DNA from: an uncultured Pseudomonadota bacterium
GTDB lineage: Bacteria; Oederibacteriota; Muellerivitia; Muellerivitales; Muellerivitaceae
DNA length: 64,000 nucleotides
Direction: 5' to 3'
NCBI GenBank assembly: GCA_963836235.1
Contig: CAWIIP010000002.1
Location: 1,920,001 to 1,984,000, forward strand
The notes beneath the pieces were generated by a model. The model did no database searches. It worked only from the letters and a program-made list of their open reading frames with translations, and had not been told where the DNA came from. Both the position numbers and the translations under genes were made by a program. Of the stretch, positions 48,736 through 57,327 are shown one piece after another (the stretch's first letter is position 1; each line of letters begins with the position of its first letter).

Positions 48736-48816
48736 ATGGATTCAGGCATTCTGTCGTTTTTGATTTTGGGCGCCATGCTTTTACTGGCGGGTTTTTATTT
48801 GAAAGAGTATAAATGA
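48736..48816 (+). CDS. Small membrane peptide 1 (26 aa)
   Basis: GAGGAGG RBS; MDSGILSFLILGAMLLLAGFYLKEYK; terminator follows. Confidence 0.8.
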   Translation: MDSGILSFLILGAMLLLAGFYLKEYK

Positions 48817-48823
48817 TTTTTTT

Positions 48824-48859
48824 AAAAAGACCCTTCGCCCATGGGCGAAGGGTCTTTTT
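48824..48859 (+). terminator. Intrinsic terminator
   Basis: AAAAAGACCCTTCGCCC-AT-GGGCGAAGGGTCTTTTT perfect IR. Confidence 0.88.
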
Positions 48860-48912
48860 AATTTGTGAAGATATTTGACGGAAAGTTTTTACGCCTCAAG
48901 ATCAGTCTCGAA

Positions 48913-48955
48913 TCTGATTCAAATCATGCGGTTTATACTCCCGGACTCCTATCTT
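48913..48955 (+). promoter_or_regulatory. Fnr-like box with class II promoter
   Basis: CTGAT-TCAA-ATCAT and TATCTT spaced as for a -41.5 site. Confidence 0.6.
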
Positions 48956-48997
48956 TGGATACTGACGATTGGGAATTTTATTTCAAGGGAGAGAAAA

Positions 48998-49075
48998 ATG
49001 GATTCAGGAGTTTGGTCATTGGTGGTCCTGGGTTTCATCGTCTTGTTGAGCGGCTTTTATTTGAAGGATTATTAA
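48998..49075 (+). CDS. Small membrane peptide 2 (25 aa)
   Basis: AAGGGAG RBS; MDSGVWSLVVLGFIVLLSGFYLKDY; paralog of peptide 1. Confidence 0.8.
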   Translation: MDSGVWSLVVLGFIVLLSGFYLKDY

Positions 49076-49088
49076 TTTAAAAATTTTC

Positions 49089-49120
49089 AAAGGCCCTTCC
49101 CCGTGGGAAGGGCCTTTTTT
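49089..49120 (+). terminator. Intrinsic terminator
   Basis: AAAGGCCCTTCCC-CGT-GGGAAGGGCCTTTTTT. Confidence 0.88.
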
Positions 49121-49171
49121 GTTGCGGGACATTTAATTGAAATTTTTTCGGCATTTAGGATCAGTTTTAGA

Positions 49172-49214
49172 CCTGATTTAAATCATGGGGCTTTCCCGCG
49201 AGGGGGATTAAGGT
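49172..49214 (+). promoter_or_regulatory. Fnr-like box with class II promoter
   Basis: CTGAT-TTAA-ATCAT and TAAGGT at identical spacing to 48913-48955. Confidence 0.6.
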
Positions 49215-49256
49215 TGTCTTGTGGTCGCCGTGGATTCCAGTTTGCGGGAGGGGAAA

Positions 49257-49328
49257 ATGAACGTTATATTGCCGGTCGTACTCATTGTTGGTTTTCTTGT
49301 TTTGTCCATCGTCTATTTGCGCGACTAA
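49257..49328 (+). CDS. Small membrane peptide 3 (23 aa)
   Basis: GGGAGGGG RBS; MNVILPVVLIVGFLVLSIVYLRD; shares G...YL[KR][DE]. Confidence 0.7.
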   Translation: MNVILPVVLIVGFLVLSIVYLRD

Positions 49329-49428
49329 CTTCAAAGTCCTTGGATTGGCCCCAAGGCGAAAAAAGATTTGGATACCGATGGGTGGCATGCCCGTCGGTAT
49401 TTTTATTTAGAGTAGAGGAATAAGCGAA

Positions 49429-49736
49429 ATGCTGGAACTTAGACCCATTTGCGAGAACTGTAAAAGACCCCTGCCGCCCCACTCCAAGGAAGCGATGATC
49501 TGTTCTTCGAGTGCACTTTCTGCCAAAACTGCGTGGATGGAATCCTGCAGAATGTGTGCCCCAATTGCGGCGGGGGTTTTTCTCCCAGGCCGATCCGGCC
49601 GAACACCGATTGGAAAAATGAGAATTGCTTAACCAAATATCCGGCCAGTACCCGGTTCAAACACAACCCGGTGAACGCCACAACCCACCTTGAATTCTCC
49701 GAACACATCAAAAAACTGCCGCCCGAAAAGCGGTAA
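49429..49736 (+). pseudogene. DUF1272-family gene with 1-nt frameshift near 49506
   Basis: MLELRPICENC...MICS in one frame; FECTFCQNC...CPNCGG..RPIRP in another. Confidence 0.8.
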
Positions 49737-49740
49737 GGGA

Positions 49741-50433
49741 TCAGGGAATTCCCGCTTCCTTTTGAATCATTTCCGGATTCAATATTTTGATCTTCTTCTT
49801 TGCCCGAAGGATGAGTTTTTTCTTCTCCAAATCCCCCAGGTAGCGCATTAGGGTTTCGGGGGCGGTGTCCGAAAGCTCCGACATGTCGGTGCGGGACAAT
49901 TCCATCTGCAGGAAACCGTCGGGCCGGACGCCATAGTTTTTCATTAAAAAACAAAGGACCCGGGCTACCCGCTGTTCGGCGGGCATCTGGGCGGCTCCGA
50001 CCAGCCGGTCCTCCACTTCCCCCAGTTCCATACTGAGACTTTTCAAAAGCAGGTGGACCAACAGTTTGTCTTTTTGGAGGTAGTTGATGAAAAATTCCTT
50101 CTCGATGAAGGCGATCTTCGTATCGAGCAGAGATTCGGCGGTGACTTTGTAGAGCTCCCCTGTCAAAAGGGCCCGGTAGCCGAAAAGATCCCCCTTGCCG
50201 CCCATAAAAGTAATGTGCTGGCGCCCGGCCTTGCCTGATTTGAAGAGCTTGATGATTCCGTGGTGGATGTAATAAACCCCGAAAGGTTCGGTGCCTGTGT
50301 AAAAGATGTCCTGGCGGGGTTTGTAGAGGTGTTCGGTGATGACCGGAGCGCCTTTTTGGGTGGCGGCTTCCAGCAATCCCTGCAAGATTTTATGTTTCTC
50401 GGAAAACAAGCTGTCGTAGAAAGTGGGGTTCAT
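49741..50433 (-). CDS. Crp/Fnr family transcriptional regulator
   Basis: cNMP-like domain (GIIKL, GDLFG), HTH LSRTDMSELSDTAPETLMR. Confidence 0.92.
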   Translation of the reverse strand: MNPTFYDSLFSEKHKILQGLLEAATQKGAPVITEHLYKPRQDIFYTGTEPFGVYYIHHGIIKLFKSGKAGRQHITFMGGKGDLFGYRALLTGELYKVTAESLLDTKIAFIEKEFFINYLQKDKLLVHLLLKSLSMELGEVEDRLVGAAQMPAEQRVARVLCFLMKNYGVRPDGFLQMELSRTDMSELSDTAPETLMRYLGDLEKKKLILRAKKKIKILNPEMIQKEAGIP

Positions 50434-50557
50434 GAATTTGCCAGTTCCAAAGTTTTAAGAAGCTTTGGCGCTTATCATAGCATGACGAGCGGGTCCTGGC
50501 AGTCCATGTCCCCGCTCGATTTAAATAATCTTTTGAATAGCCGGCTGATACTGGAAG

Positions 50558-52537
50558 TTAAATCACCCGCACTGGCACGATCATCATGTTCACGCCCTTG
50601 AAAAGCAGGCGGCGTTGGATTTCCAAGGCGGTTTGGTTGTGCAGCAGATTCGTCCAAAGGGATTCCTTGGCGAAGATGAGCTTACCCGAGAAGAAGGTCG
50701 CGTCGGAAAAGTCGGCGGAAACCAATTCGCACAGCCTTTCCATCCCGGCGATGACGTCGATATCCTCCACGTGCCGGAAGTCGGCCCGGTAACCCATCTT
50801 GTGGGCCAGGGCTACATATTTCCCTAGGTTTTCCTCGGTATTTTTCCTCAGGTTATCCAGTTCTTCAATCCCCTTGAACTTGCTGGAGTCGATGCGGCCG
50901 ATAGAAACGAAAAGAAAATCCTGGAAACGGTTGGCGAAAAGCTTTTGGATCGAAAAGATGGCGTGGATGCCCAATCCGTTATAGCGCTCCACCATCACCA
51001 CCGCGACCGCTTTGGCTTTATCGCAGGGCCCCAGGGCGGGCTCGCTGGTGTCCCGATCCGGCAAAGGAAGGTTGGTCAGAGCGTCGTCCAGGCGGGTTAG
51101 GGCTTGCTGGACTCCCTTGTAGTGGCGCTTTACCAAGAAACAAATAACGATGAGGACGGTCGTTAAGGCGATGGTCACGAAGCCGCCTTCGAGGAATTTG
51201 GCCATCACGGTCGCTACTAAAATAATGGAAGTCAGAGTCAAACCCAGTCCGTTGATAAAGAACCGGCTTTTCCAATCCTTTTGTTCGCGGCGGGCCTGCC
51301 ACCAGTGGATACACATCGAAAGCTGGGACAGGCTGAAAGTGATATAAACATTGATCGCATAAAGTACGATAAGGGTGTCCACGTTGCCCTTGGCCAGTAT
51401 GAGGATCACTAGGGTCGAGACGCCCATCACGAGAATTCCGTTCATGCGAACCAGCCGGTGGGAAAGGTTGGCGAAGCGGTGGGGAAGCCAGGAATCGGCG
51501 GCCATGTTGGACAAAACGTTGGGGCCGTCGATGAAGCCGGTTTGGGCGGCAATGAAGAGAAGCATGCCTTCCGAAAGTAAGGTCAGGTAGATAAGCCATT
51601 GGCCCAGCGGCAGGCCGAAAGCCGTCCAGGGCCCGAAGATGGCTTTGGCCAGGGTACCGTTCATGGTCTCGTTCTGGACGGCCTGAATATCCCAGAGCAT
51701 GTATAAAAGCAGGATCCCGCCCGCGGTGAAGGCCAGGGAAGTCGCCATGTAAAGCATGGTGCGCTTGCCCGTTTTCACCCTGGGCTCCCTCAGGTTCGCC
51801 AAGCCATTGGAGACCGCCTCAATGCCCGTGTAGGTTCCCCCGCCCAGGCTGTAGGCCGTGAAAAAGATGACGATAAATCCCCAAACCCCCAAAGGCCCCC
51901 CGACAATCTCGTGGGTCTCTCTGAAGGTGCTTTGAACGACGGGTACGATTTGGGAGCCGTGGCCAAGCAATCCCGCCGCGATCAGGATGATATGGGTTCC
52001 CACGAAGACCAGGAAGATGGGAAGAAGGGCGGTCACCGATTCTTTGATGCCCCGCATATTGAGCCAAATCAAAAGAAGAACCAGAAGCACTTCGATGGAC
52101 AGCTTGTGGGCAACGAAAAAAGTCGGCATGAAATCGGCGATAGCGTCCACGCCCGCCGCGATAGAAATGTTGATAGTCAGGATATAGTCCACGATGAGGG
52201 CGGAGCCGGAAATAAGGCCGGCCACGGGATGCAAGAGTTTGCTAGCCACCACGTAACCGCCGCCGCCCGAGGGGAAATGCTCGATCACCTGGCTATAGCT
52301 GGCGGAAATGATGAAGACGGTAGCGGCCACCGCGATGGCGAGGTAGAGGGCGATGTGGTGGTATTGGGCGCCCAGGGCCTTATAGGTTTCCTCGGGGCCG
52401 TAGGCTGAGGAGGACAGCCCGTCGGCTCCCAGTCCCACCCAGGCCAGGAAAGCGATGAGGCTCAGTTTGTGAAAGACATTCTGATCGAGAGGATTTTTGG
52501 CCTTGCCAAAGACAAGTTCTCTTACTTTTTCCACCAT
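50558..52537 (-). CDS. KimA/YdaO-like APC-family K+ transporter
   Basis: ADGLSSSAYG, PSGGGGY, VDYILT, TGIEAVSNG; riboswitch upstream. Confidence 0.85.
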   Translation of the reverse strand: MVEKVRELVFGKAKNPLDQNVFHKLSLIAFLAWVGLGADGLSSSAYGPEETYKALGAQYHHIALYLAIAVAATVFIISASYSQVIEHFPSGGGGYVVASKLLHPVAGLISGSALIVDYILTINISIAAGVDAIADFMPTFFVAHKLSIEVLLVLLLIWLNMRGIKESVTALLPIFLVFVGTHIILIAAGLLGHGSQIVPVVQSTFRETHEIVGGPLGVWGFIVIFFTAYSLGGGTYTGIEAVSNGLANLREPRVKTGKRTMLYMATSLAFTAGGILLLYMLWDIQAVQNETMNGTLAKAIFGPWTAFGLPLGQWLIYLTLLSEGMLLFIAAQTGFIDGPNVLSNMAADSWLPHRFANLSHRLVRMNGILVMGVSTLVILILAKGNVDTLIVLYAINVYITFSLSQLSMCIHWWQARREQKDWKSRFFINGLGLTLTSIILVATVMAKFLEGGFVTIALTTVLIVICFLVKRHYKGVQQALTRLDDALTNLPLPDRDTSEPALGPCDKAKAVAVVMVERYNGLGIHAIFSIQKLFANRFQDFLFVSIGRIDSSKFKGIEELDNLRKNTEENLGKYVALAHKMGYRADFRHVEDIDVIAGMERLCELVSADFSDATFFSGKLIFAKESLWTNLLHNQTALEIQRRLLFKGVNMMIVPVRVI

Positions 52538-52627
52538 GACAGCCTCCCGAAAAAATTTTGACTCAAAATTTTTGAGGCCCCCCAGCGGGGGGCTGAAACC
52601 GGGCCGCCATGTTTCAGACGCGCCCTT

Positions 52628-52755
52628 CGAAGCCTGCGAGGTTAGCTGTCGGGCTCGGCGCGAAAGGCTCGCCGTTCCTTCCCATCAAGTCGGGAAAGGA
52701 ATTAGCCCCAGATCATCGGGTCCCCCGTTCATTCCAGGCGGAATGACTCGGCTAT
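52628..52755 (-). promoter_or_regulatory. c-di-AMP (ydaO/yuaA) riboswitch
   Basis: GCCGAGTC...ACGGGGGACCC...TGGGGCTAAT...CCGAGCCCGACAGCTAACCTCGCAGGC. Confidence 0.92.
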
Positions 52756-52939
52756 TTGCTGAGAATCTTTATACTTTTTTAATTTGAGTTCAATGAAGGA
52801 GGGAAAAGAAGGCTAATATTAATAAAATCTTAATATTTTTGGATGAGGTGTTTTTGCCGTTTTTTTCAAGGAAATTAGGGTTTATTTGGGAAGAAAGAAA
52901 CTGGCAACAATAAGTTAGAATTGAGACAGATAGAAGGTA

Positions 52940-53767
52940 ATGATTTGGTTCGAGTTCAACCCGGTGAGAATTGAAAAATCTCGAACTAAAAGGGAAAACC
53001 TTTTTAATATGCCTAATACAAAAATAAAGCCTATTAAATCTAAAGAAAATTTTGAAAATAGTCCCTTTTTTTTAATTGTGACGGGTCAAAAATGGCCTTG
53101 GATTAACAAAATCATTCTTTATGCGACTTTTGTTTTCACTTTCCCATTTCGAAAGAAATTAAGAAACTCCGGCAGCGGTTCAATCGGTCATTTAGGCAAA
53201 TTGATCCGTTTGAAAAGATTCGAAGAAGGCTATTCATTTGGATTAGAACAACTTTCTCGTTTATCTGCAAAGTTAAAGTTTGTTCCGAAAAATCCGAAGA
53301 GTTTTTTGGATTTTGCGAAGGCTTTTACTCCAATGATGTGGTGTTTTGTATTTGAACAAACATGTACATGCGCATCTGAAATAAACGAAGAAGGAGTCCT
53401 AGAAAAAATGGAAACTATTTATGAACAATATTCGGGGCCCAAGGATGGAAATTCAAACAATTTTGAACAAGTCCCCGTCGGTCGAGCATTGAGTGGCCTA
53501 GCTTCTCTGGCGTGGCGGAAGAAAAGTCCGGAAGCTGGATGGGAATGGATAAATAAAGCTGTAGAAAGCGAAAAGACCTATGGGTATTCCTATTATTTAA
53601 GGGCTTGGATGGGTGAAATAATGGGCGTGGGGCAACCCGTTAATGATTTGATTTTGGCTATTGGCTGTCAACCAGAACTAGAAGAAATGGCTTTCGAAGA
53701 TGAAACTTTTCTAAAAAATGAAAACCTCTTAACGGAATTGAAGGAAAGGCTCGAAAAACCGAACTAG
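52940..53767 (+). CDS. AT-rich hypothetical protein (start uncertain)
   Basis: 275-aa ORF, TPR-like C-terminal helices. Confidence 0.6.
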   Translation: MIWFEFNPVRIEKSRTKRENLFNMPNTKIKPIKSKENFENSPFFLIVTGQKWPWINKIILYATFVFTFPFRKKLRNSGSGSIGHLGKLIRLKRFEEGYSFGLEQLSRLSAKLKFVPKNPKSFLDFAKAFTPMMWCFVFEQTCTCASEINEEGVLEKMETIYEQYSGPKDGNSNNFEQVPVGRALSGLASLAWRKKSPEAGWEWINKAVESEKTYGYSYYLRAWMGEIMGVGQPVNDLILAIGCQPELEEMAFEDETFLKNENLLTELKERLEKPN

Positions 53768-53871
53768 ATATAACCTTTAATCGCGAATCATCACGAATTT
53801 AATGGTTCGTAAATCTACCTGCGCTGAAGCTCCGGTAGACAGGTCGTACAGAATGGGGAAGCGTTAGGCTT

Positions 53872-55710
53872 CTAGCCGACGATGATTAGGTCGGCGGATT
53901 CGGGCAGGCGTTCCGCCAAGTTCTTTAGCATGCGGCCCCGCACCATGCGCCAGAAGAAGGTGCGCTTGGACGATCCCACGAACACCTGCTTGACCTTCAA
54001 TTCCTTGGCGGCCTCGGCGATGGAAAAGCCCGCGTCCTCGGCCATGCGCCAAATGGGGATGCCGGCCACGCCCAACTTTTGCAGTGTCGCGCAGGAATCG
54101 ACCAGTACCTTGATCGCCTCGGGGGTTGGCTTAATCTCCTGGGGCAAGAACAAGCCCGGCATTTCATCCACATAAATTACGTATATATTGTTACGTTTCA
54201 AACCCTTTATATAAATCGACGCATCCTCCAGTAGTTTTGTGTTCACCTGCCTCAGTGCCACGAGAATAGGGGAGGATTCCATGGCGGAAGCCTCGATGGC
54301 TTCTTCCAGCGTCAGGATATTGGAGGCCTCCGGCAGGTCGGCGACGTTGGCTTCGGCTTCGGCGAAGACGGCTACGGCTTTCCGGGAAGCGCCGATGCGG
54401 TGCCAGACTCCGGTAGCTACCAGAATGGTGGCCAGGGTCCCGCCAAACATCAGGGCTTCCGGTTTGTGGAACATGTTAATGACCCAGGCGGCTAAGAGGG
54501 CGATGGTCGTGAAGGCCCCGGTCCAAAATTTGAATCCCCTCACCCCGTCCCTCCAGCGGAGCTTATCGATGGCCAGGGAAGAAAGGGAAAGGGTTCCCAA
54601 GAGGCCGAAATTATAAAGATCGCCCAGGGCATCCACGTTGGCTCGGGTGATGAGGATGATGGCCATGGGCACCAGCCCCGAGATAAGGATGGAAAGATAC
54701 GGCGTTCCAAGGGTTGGGTGCCGTTTCCTTAAAAACGAGGGAAGGAATCCCAGGTCCGAAAGCCGCACGTTCACGTGGTAGTTGCCTACGATCGCGGTGT
54801 TGCAGGCCATGAAAAGCAAAGCCGAGGCCGCCACGACCACCGCCACACCCATGAAGGGCCCGCCGATCTGGAAACCCAGCGCGGACAGGAGGGAATCGGA
54901 TTGGGTTTGTTTGACTGAGTCAGGGAGCAGGTAAAGCACGACGGAGGTCATGGGGGAGGAAATAATAGCGATGGCGATGATGACCCACATCATGGCTTTT
55001 CCGGCGGTGGCCTTGATGGGCAAGCGCATGGAGCCGGAAATCTGGGCGACCGATTCCAAACCCGAATAGGCCAGCCAGGTGGTGGCGTAACCGATCATGA
55101 CGGCACCGAAAGTAATGGGGATGCCGGGATGGGTAATGCTGTGCCACCAGCCGCCCCAGGAATAATGAGGATTGAAGGCAATGGTGCAGAAAGCCCAGCC
55201 CAGGAGAAGAAAGGTTACGATGATTTCGACGGTGGCGAAGCTGGAGGTTACCGACGCCGATTCCTTAATGCCGATCATATTGATGAGCACGAGACAAAGG
55301 AACAAAACCATGGATGCGGCGATGACTAGGTCCTTCGTTTGCGGCATGAGGCTGGAGAGGTAATAGAGGCCCGAGACGCCCGAGATAGCCGATGTCAGGA
55401 AATAATCCACGGTGATAAAAGAGCCGCCGACCAGGGGCAGGAATTCGAAGGCAGAAAAGGCCTCGCGAACCACCGAAACCACGCCGCCGCCGTCCGGACA
55501 GCGCTCGCAAATTTCGACATATTTAAGCGCGATGGAGATAAAAACACCGGTGGTGATGAACTGGGCCAGGGTGGCCAGGTTGCCGATGGAGTTATAGAGG
55601 ATGCCGGGAACGTAAAAGACCGAGGTGCCGATATCCGCGTAAACGATCGCGAAAACCAGGACCCAGCCCAGCTGGTGAACTTTTACGGATGAGGAGTTTG
55701 AATCGGACAA
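53872..55710 (-). CDS. Second KimA-like APC permease with Usp-like C-terminal domain; TTG start at 55710
   Basis: YADIGTSVFY, PDGGG, VDYFLT, YSGLES; GGAGG RBS before TTG. Confidence 0.85.
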   Translation of the reverse strand: MSDSNSSSVKVHQLGWVLVFAIVYADIGTSVFYVPGILYNSIGNLATLAQFITTGVFISIALKYVEICERCPDGGGVVSVVREAFSAFEFLPLVGGSFITVDYFLTSAISGVSGLYYLSSLMPQTKDLVIAASMVLFLCLVLINMIGIKESASVTSSFATVEIIVTFLLLGWAFCTIAFNPHYSWGGWWHSITHPGIPITFGAVMIGYATTWLAYSGLESVAQISGSMRLPIKATAGKAMMWVIIAIAIISSPMTSVVLYLLPDSVKQTQSDSLLSALGFQIGGPFMGVAVVVAASALLFMACNTAIVGNYHVNVRLSDLGFLPSFLRKRHPTLGTPYLSILISGLVPMAIILITRANVDALGDLYNFGLLGTLSLSSLAIDKLRWRDGVRGFKFWTGAFTTIALLAAWVINMFHKPEALMFGGTLATILVATGVWHRIGASRKAVAVFAEAEANVADLPEASNILTLEEAIEASAMESSPILVALRQVNTKLLEDASIYIKGLKRNNIYVIYVDEMPGLFLPQEIKPTPEAIKVLVDSCATLQKLGVAGIPIWRMAEDAGFSIAEAAKELKVKQVFVGSSKRTFFWRMVRGRMLKNLAERLPESADLIIVG

Positions 55711-55721
55711 GGCCGCGCCTC

Positions 55722-55882
55722 CGAAGCCTGCGGGGTTAGCTGTCGGGCTCGGCGGGAATGCTCGCCGGTTCAATCCTCTTCTTTAGAGGGTGAAGCTTAG
55801 CCCCGAAAAACCTGGGTCCCCCGTTTGGCCTTTCGCCTGTTCCGAGGTTCTGGAACATCGCGTCAAGGTCAATTCGGCTGTT
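55722..55882 (-). promoter_or_regulatory. c-di-AMP (ydaO/yuaA) riboswitch
   Basis: GCCGAATT...ACGGGGGACCC...CGGGGCTAAG...CCGAGCCCGACAGCTAACCCCGCAGGC. Confidence 0.9.
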
Positions 55883-56071
55883 AAGGTGAATCTTTATACT
55901 TTTTTAATATTTAAATTCAAGGGGATTATGGGGCCGGGAGGCTGTTTGAGATGACTGGTTGGCCTTTTACCGCAAAATACGAGCTTTTTTGGAACTCGTA
56001 TTTCGACAAAGAGGTTAAAAATAATCCATCCTAAATGTGATGGCATGAATCCAAAAGTTATTGAAAACAGT

Positions 56072-57256
56072 TCAATAAAACACGAAAGCGTCCGCCAGAA
56101 GGCTGTAATTAGGTTCATTCGCCACAAAGGTGGGATCGGCGCGCTGAAAATCAATTTGGGTTTTTAAATTCCGCATGGGATAGCACCGGATGCTTACCAC
56201 CTGGCGTGTTTCATCGGCCGTGCTTTCATTCAATGAATCATTAAACTTCTCATCGACCAGGCGAAGGTAAATATCGTTGCCCAAGTCGACTTCCGCGCTC
56301 ACGTGGTAGGCCATGAGCTTGTCTTCCTGAACCCCGTTATTGACGAAACCAGGGAGAATTTGGGTTGGTTCGGAGTAACCTTGGTCATATTCCGCCAGGA
56401 GGACAACAGGCCCGATTCGTCCCCAGCCAAAAGCGTTATAAAGCAGGGTTTGAGCGCTGGAAGGGACGGTCGTATCCGTTCCCCCCTGTTCATCCAGGTT
56501 GGCGGCGCAAAGGGAACCGCCTAAAGTAAACTCGGAAAAACTGACGCCTCCCTTCGCGGAAAAAATCTTTTCATTCATGATCACGCTTTCCGATGAGGTC
56601 GTTGCGGGGCCCGAGTCCCCATTGGTAAGAGCCATGTTGAGGAAAAAAGGATCGGGATAAATTCCCACTTCAAGGGCCCCGATTTGGGAACTATCAAACG
56701 AAAAGCCAAGCGGGGAACGAATCAGGCTGGCGTCATCCGAAAGAGTCAGGCCATAGGGCAATAAAAAATTCCCGAACTTGATGTAGGCCCCTCCCGGTAG
56801 GTTCGAGATCAAGCCATAGGCTTCTTTGGTAGTGCTTTCGTCCAAGCGATAAGTGAAAACTCCCGATACCACCTCATTCGCCTTAACTTGAATTGAAAAA
56901 TCCTGGCGGCTGAGGGGTTGGGTGCCAACGGTAAAAGAACTATTGTTGGGGTTATTGAAGGTGTTGTAGTTTTGGGTCGTGTTGTAGCCCTCGTGGATGT
57001 CCATGCCGATAGCGATCCAGGAGGGGGTCGCGTGCTGGATTTTCTGGGCCGCTTCGGAAATGCCCTGCCAGTCGAAGGTTTGGAGGCTGTTTCCGTAGTT
57101 TTTCCCGAAGTCGTTTCGCAGCCACCCACCGGTCTGGTTGACGTGGCAGGCGTTGCAGTTGACCCCTTTCCAAGCCGCCAGGTAGGGTTCGGCCCAAACA
57201 CCGGATGTTCCAAGGAATAAAACCAGCAAAACCGTCCCGAACAAATTTTTTTTCAT
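56072..57256 (-). CDS. Putative outer-membrane beta-barrel with N-terminal CxxCH heme motif
   Basis: Signal peptide, CNACHVNQTGG..RNDFG, alternating beta strands, terminal aromatic FY. Confidence 0.75.
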   Translation of the reverse strand: MKKNLFGTVLLVLFLGTSGVWAEPYLAAWKGVNCNACHVNQTGGWLRNDFGKNYGNSLQTFDWQGISEAAQKIQHATPSWIAIGMDIHEGYNTTQNYNTFNNPNNSSFTVGTQPLSRQDFSIQVKANEVVSGVFTYRLDESTTKEAYGLISNLPGGAYIKFGNFLLPYGLTLSDDASLIRSPLGFSFDSSQIGALEVGIYPDPFFLNMALTNGDSGPATTSSESVIMNEKIFSAKGGVSFSEFTLGGSLCAANLDEQGGTDTTVPSSAQTLLYNAFGWGRIGPVVLLAEYDQGYSEPTQILPGFVNNGVQEDKLMAYHVSAEVDLGNDIYLRLVDEKFNDSLNESTADETRQVVSIRCYPMRNLKTQIDFQRADPTFVANEPNYSLLADAFVFY

Positions 57257-57327
57257 ATTCTCACCTCGAAGAATGTTCTTTGGCCCGAAGGGTCAAATTG
57301 AGAACACCGCAGAATTTCTTGAAGAAG

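Noticed and set aside
55711-55773. N-terminal extension MNRRAFPPSPTANPAG of the permease ORF
   Set aside because: It is riboswitch sequence; TTG 55710 with GGAGG is the better start
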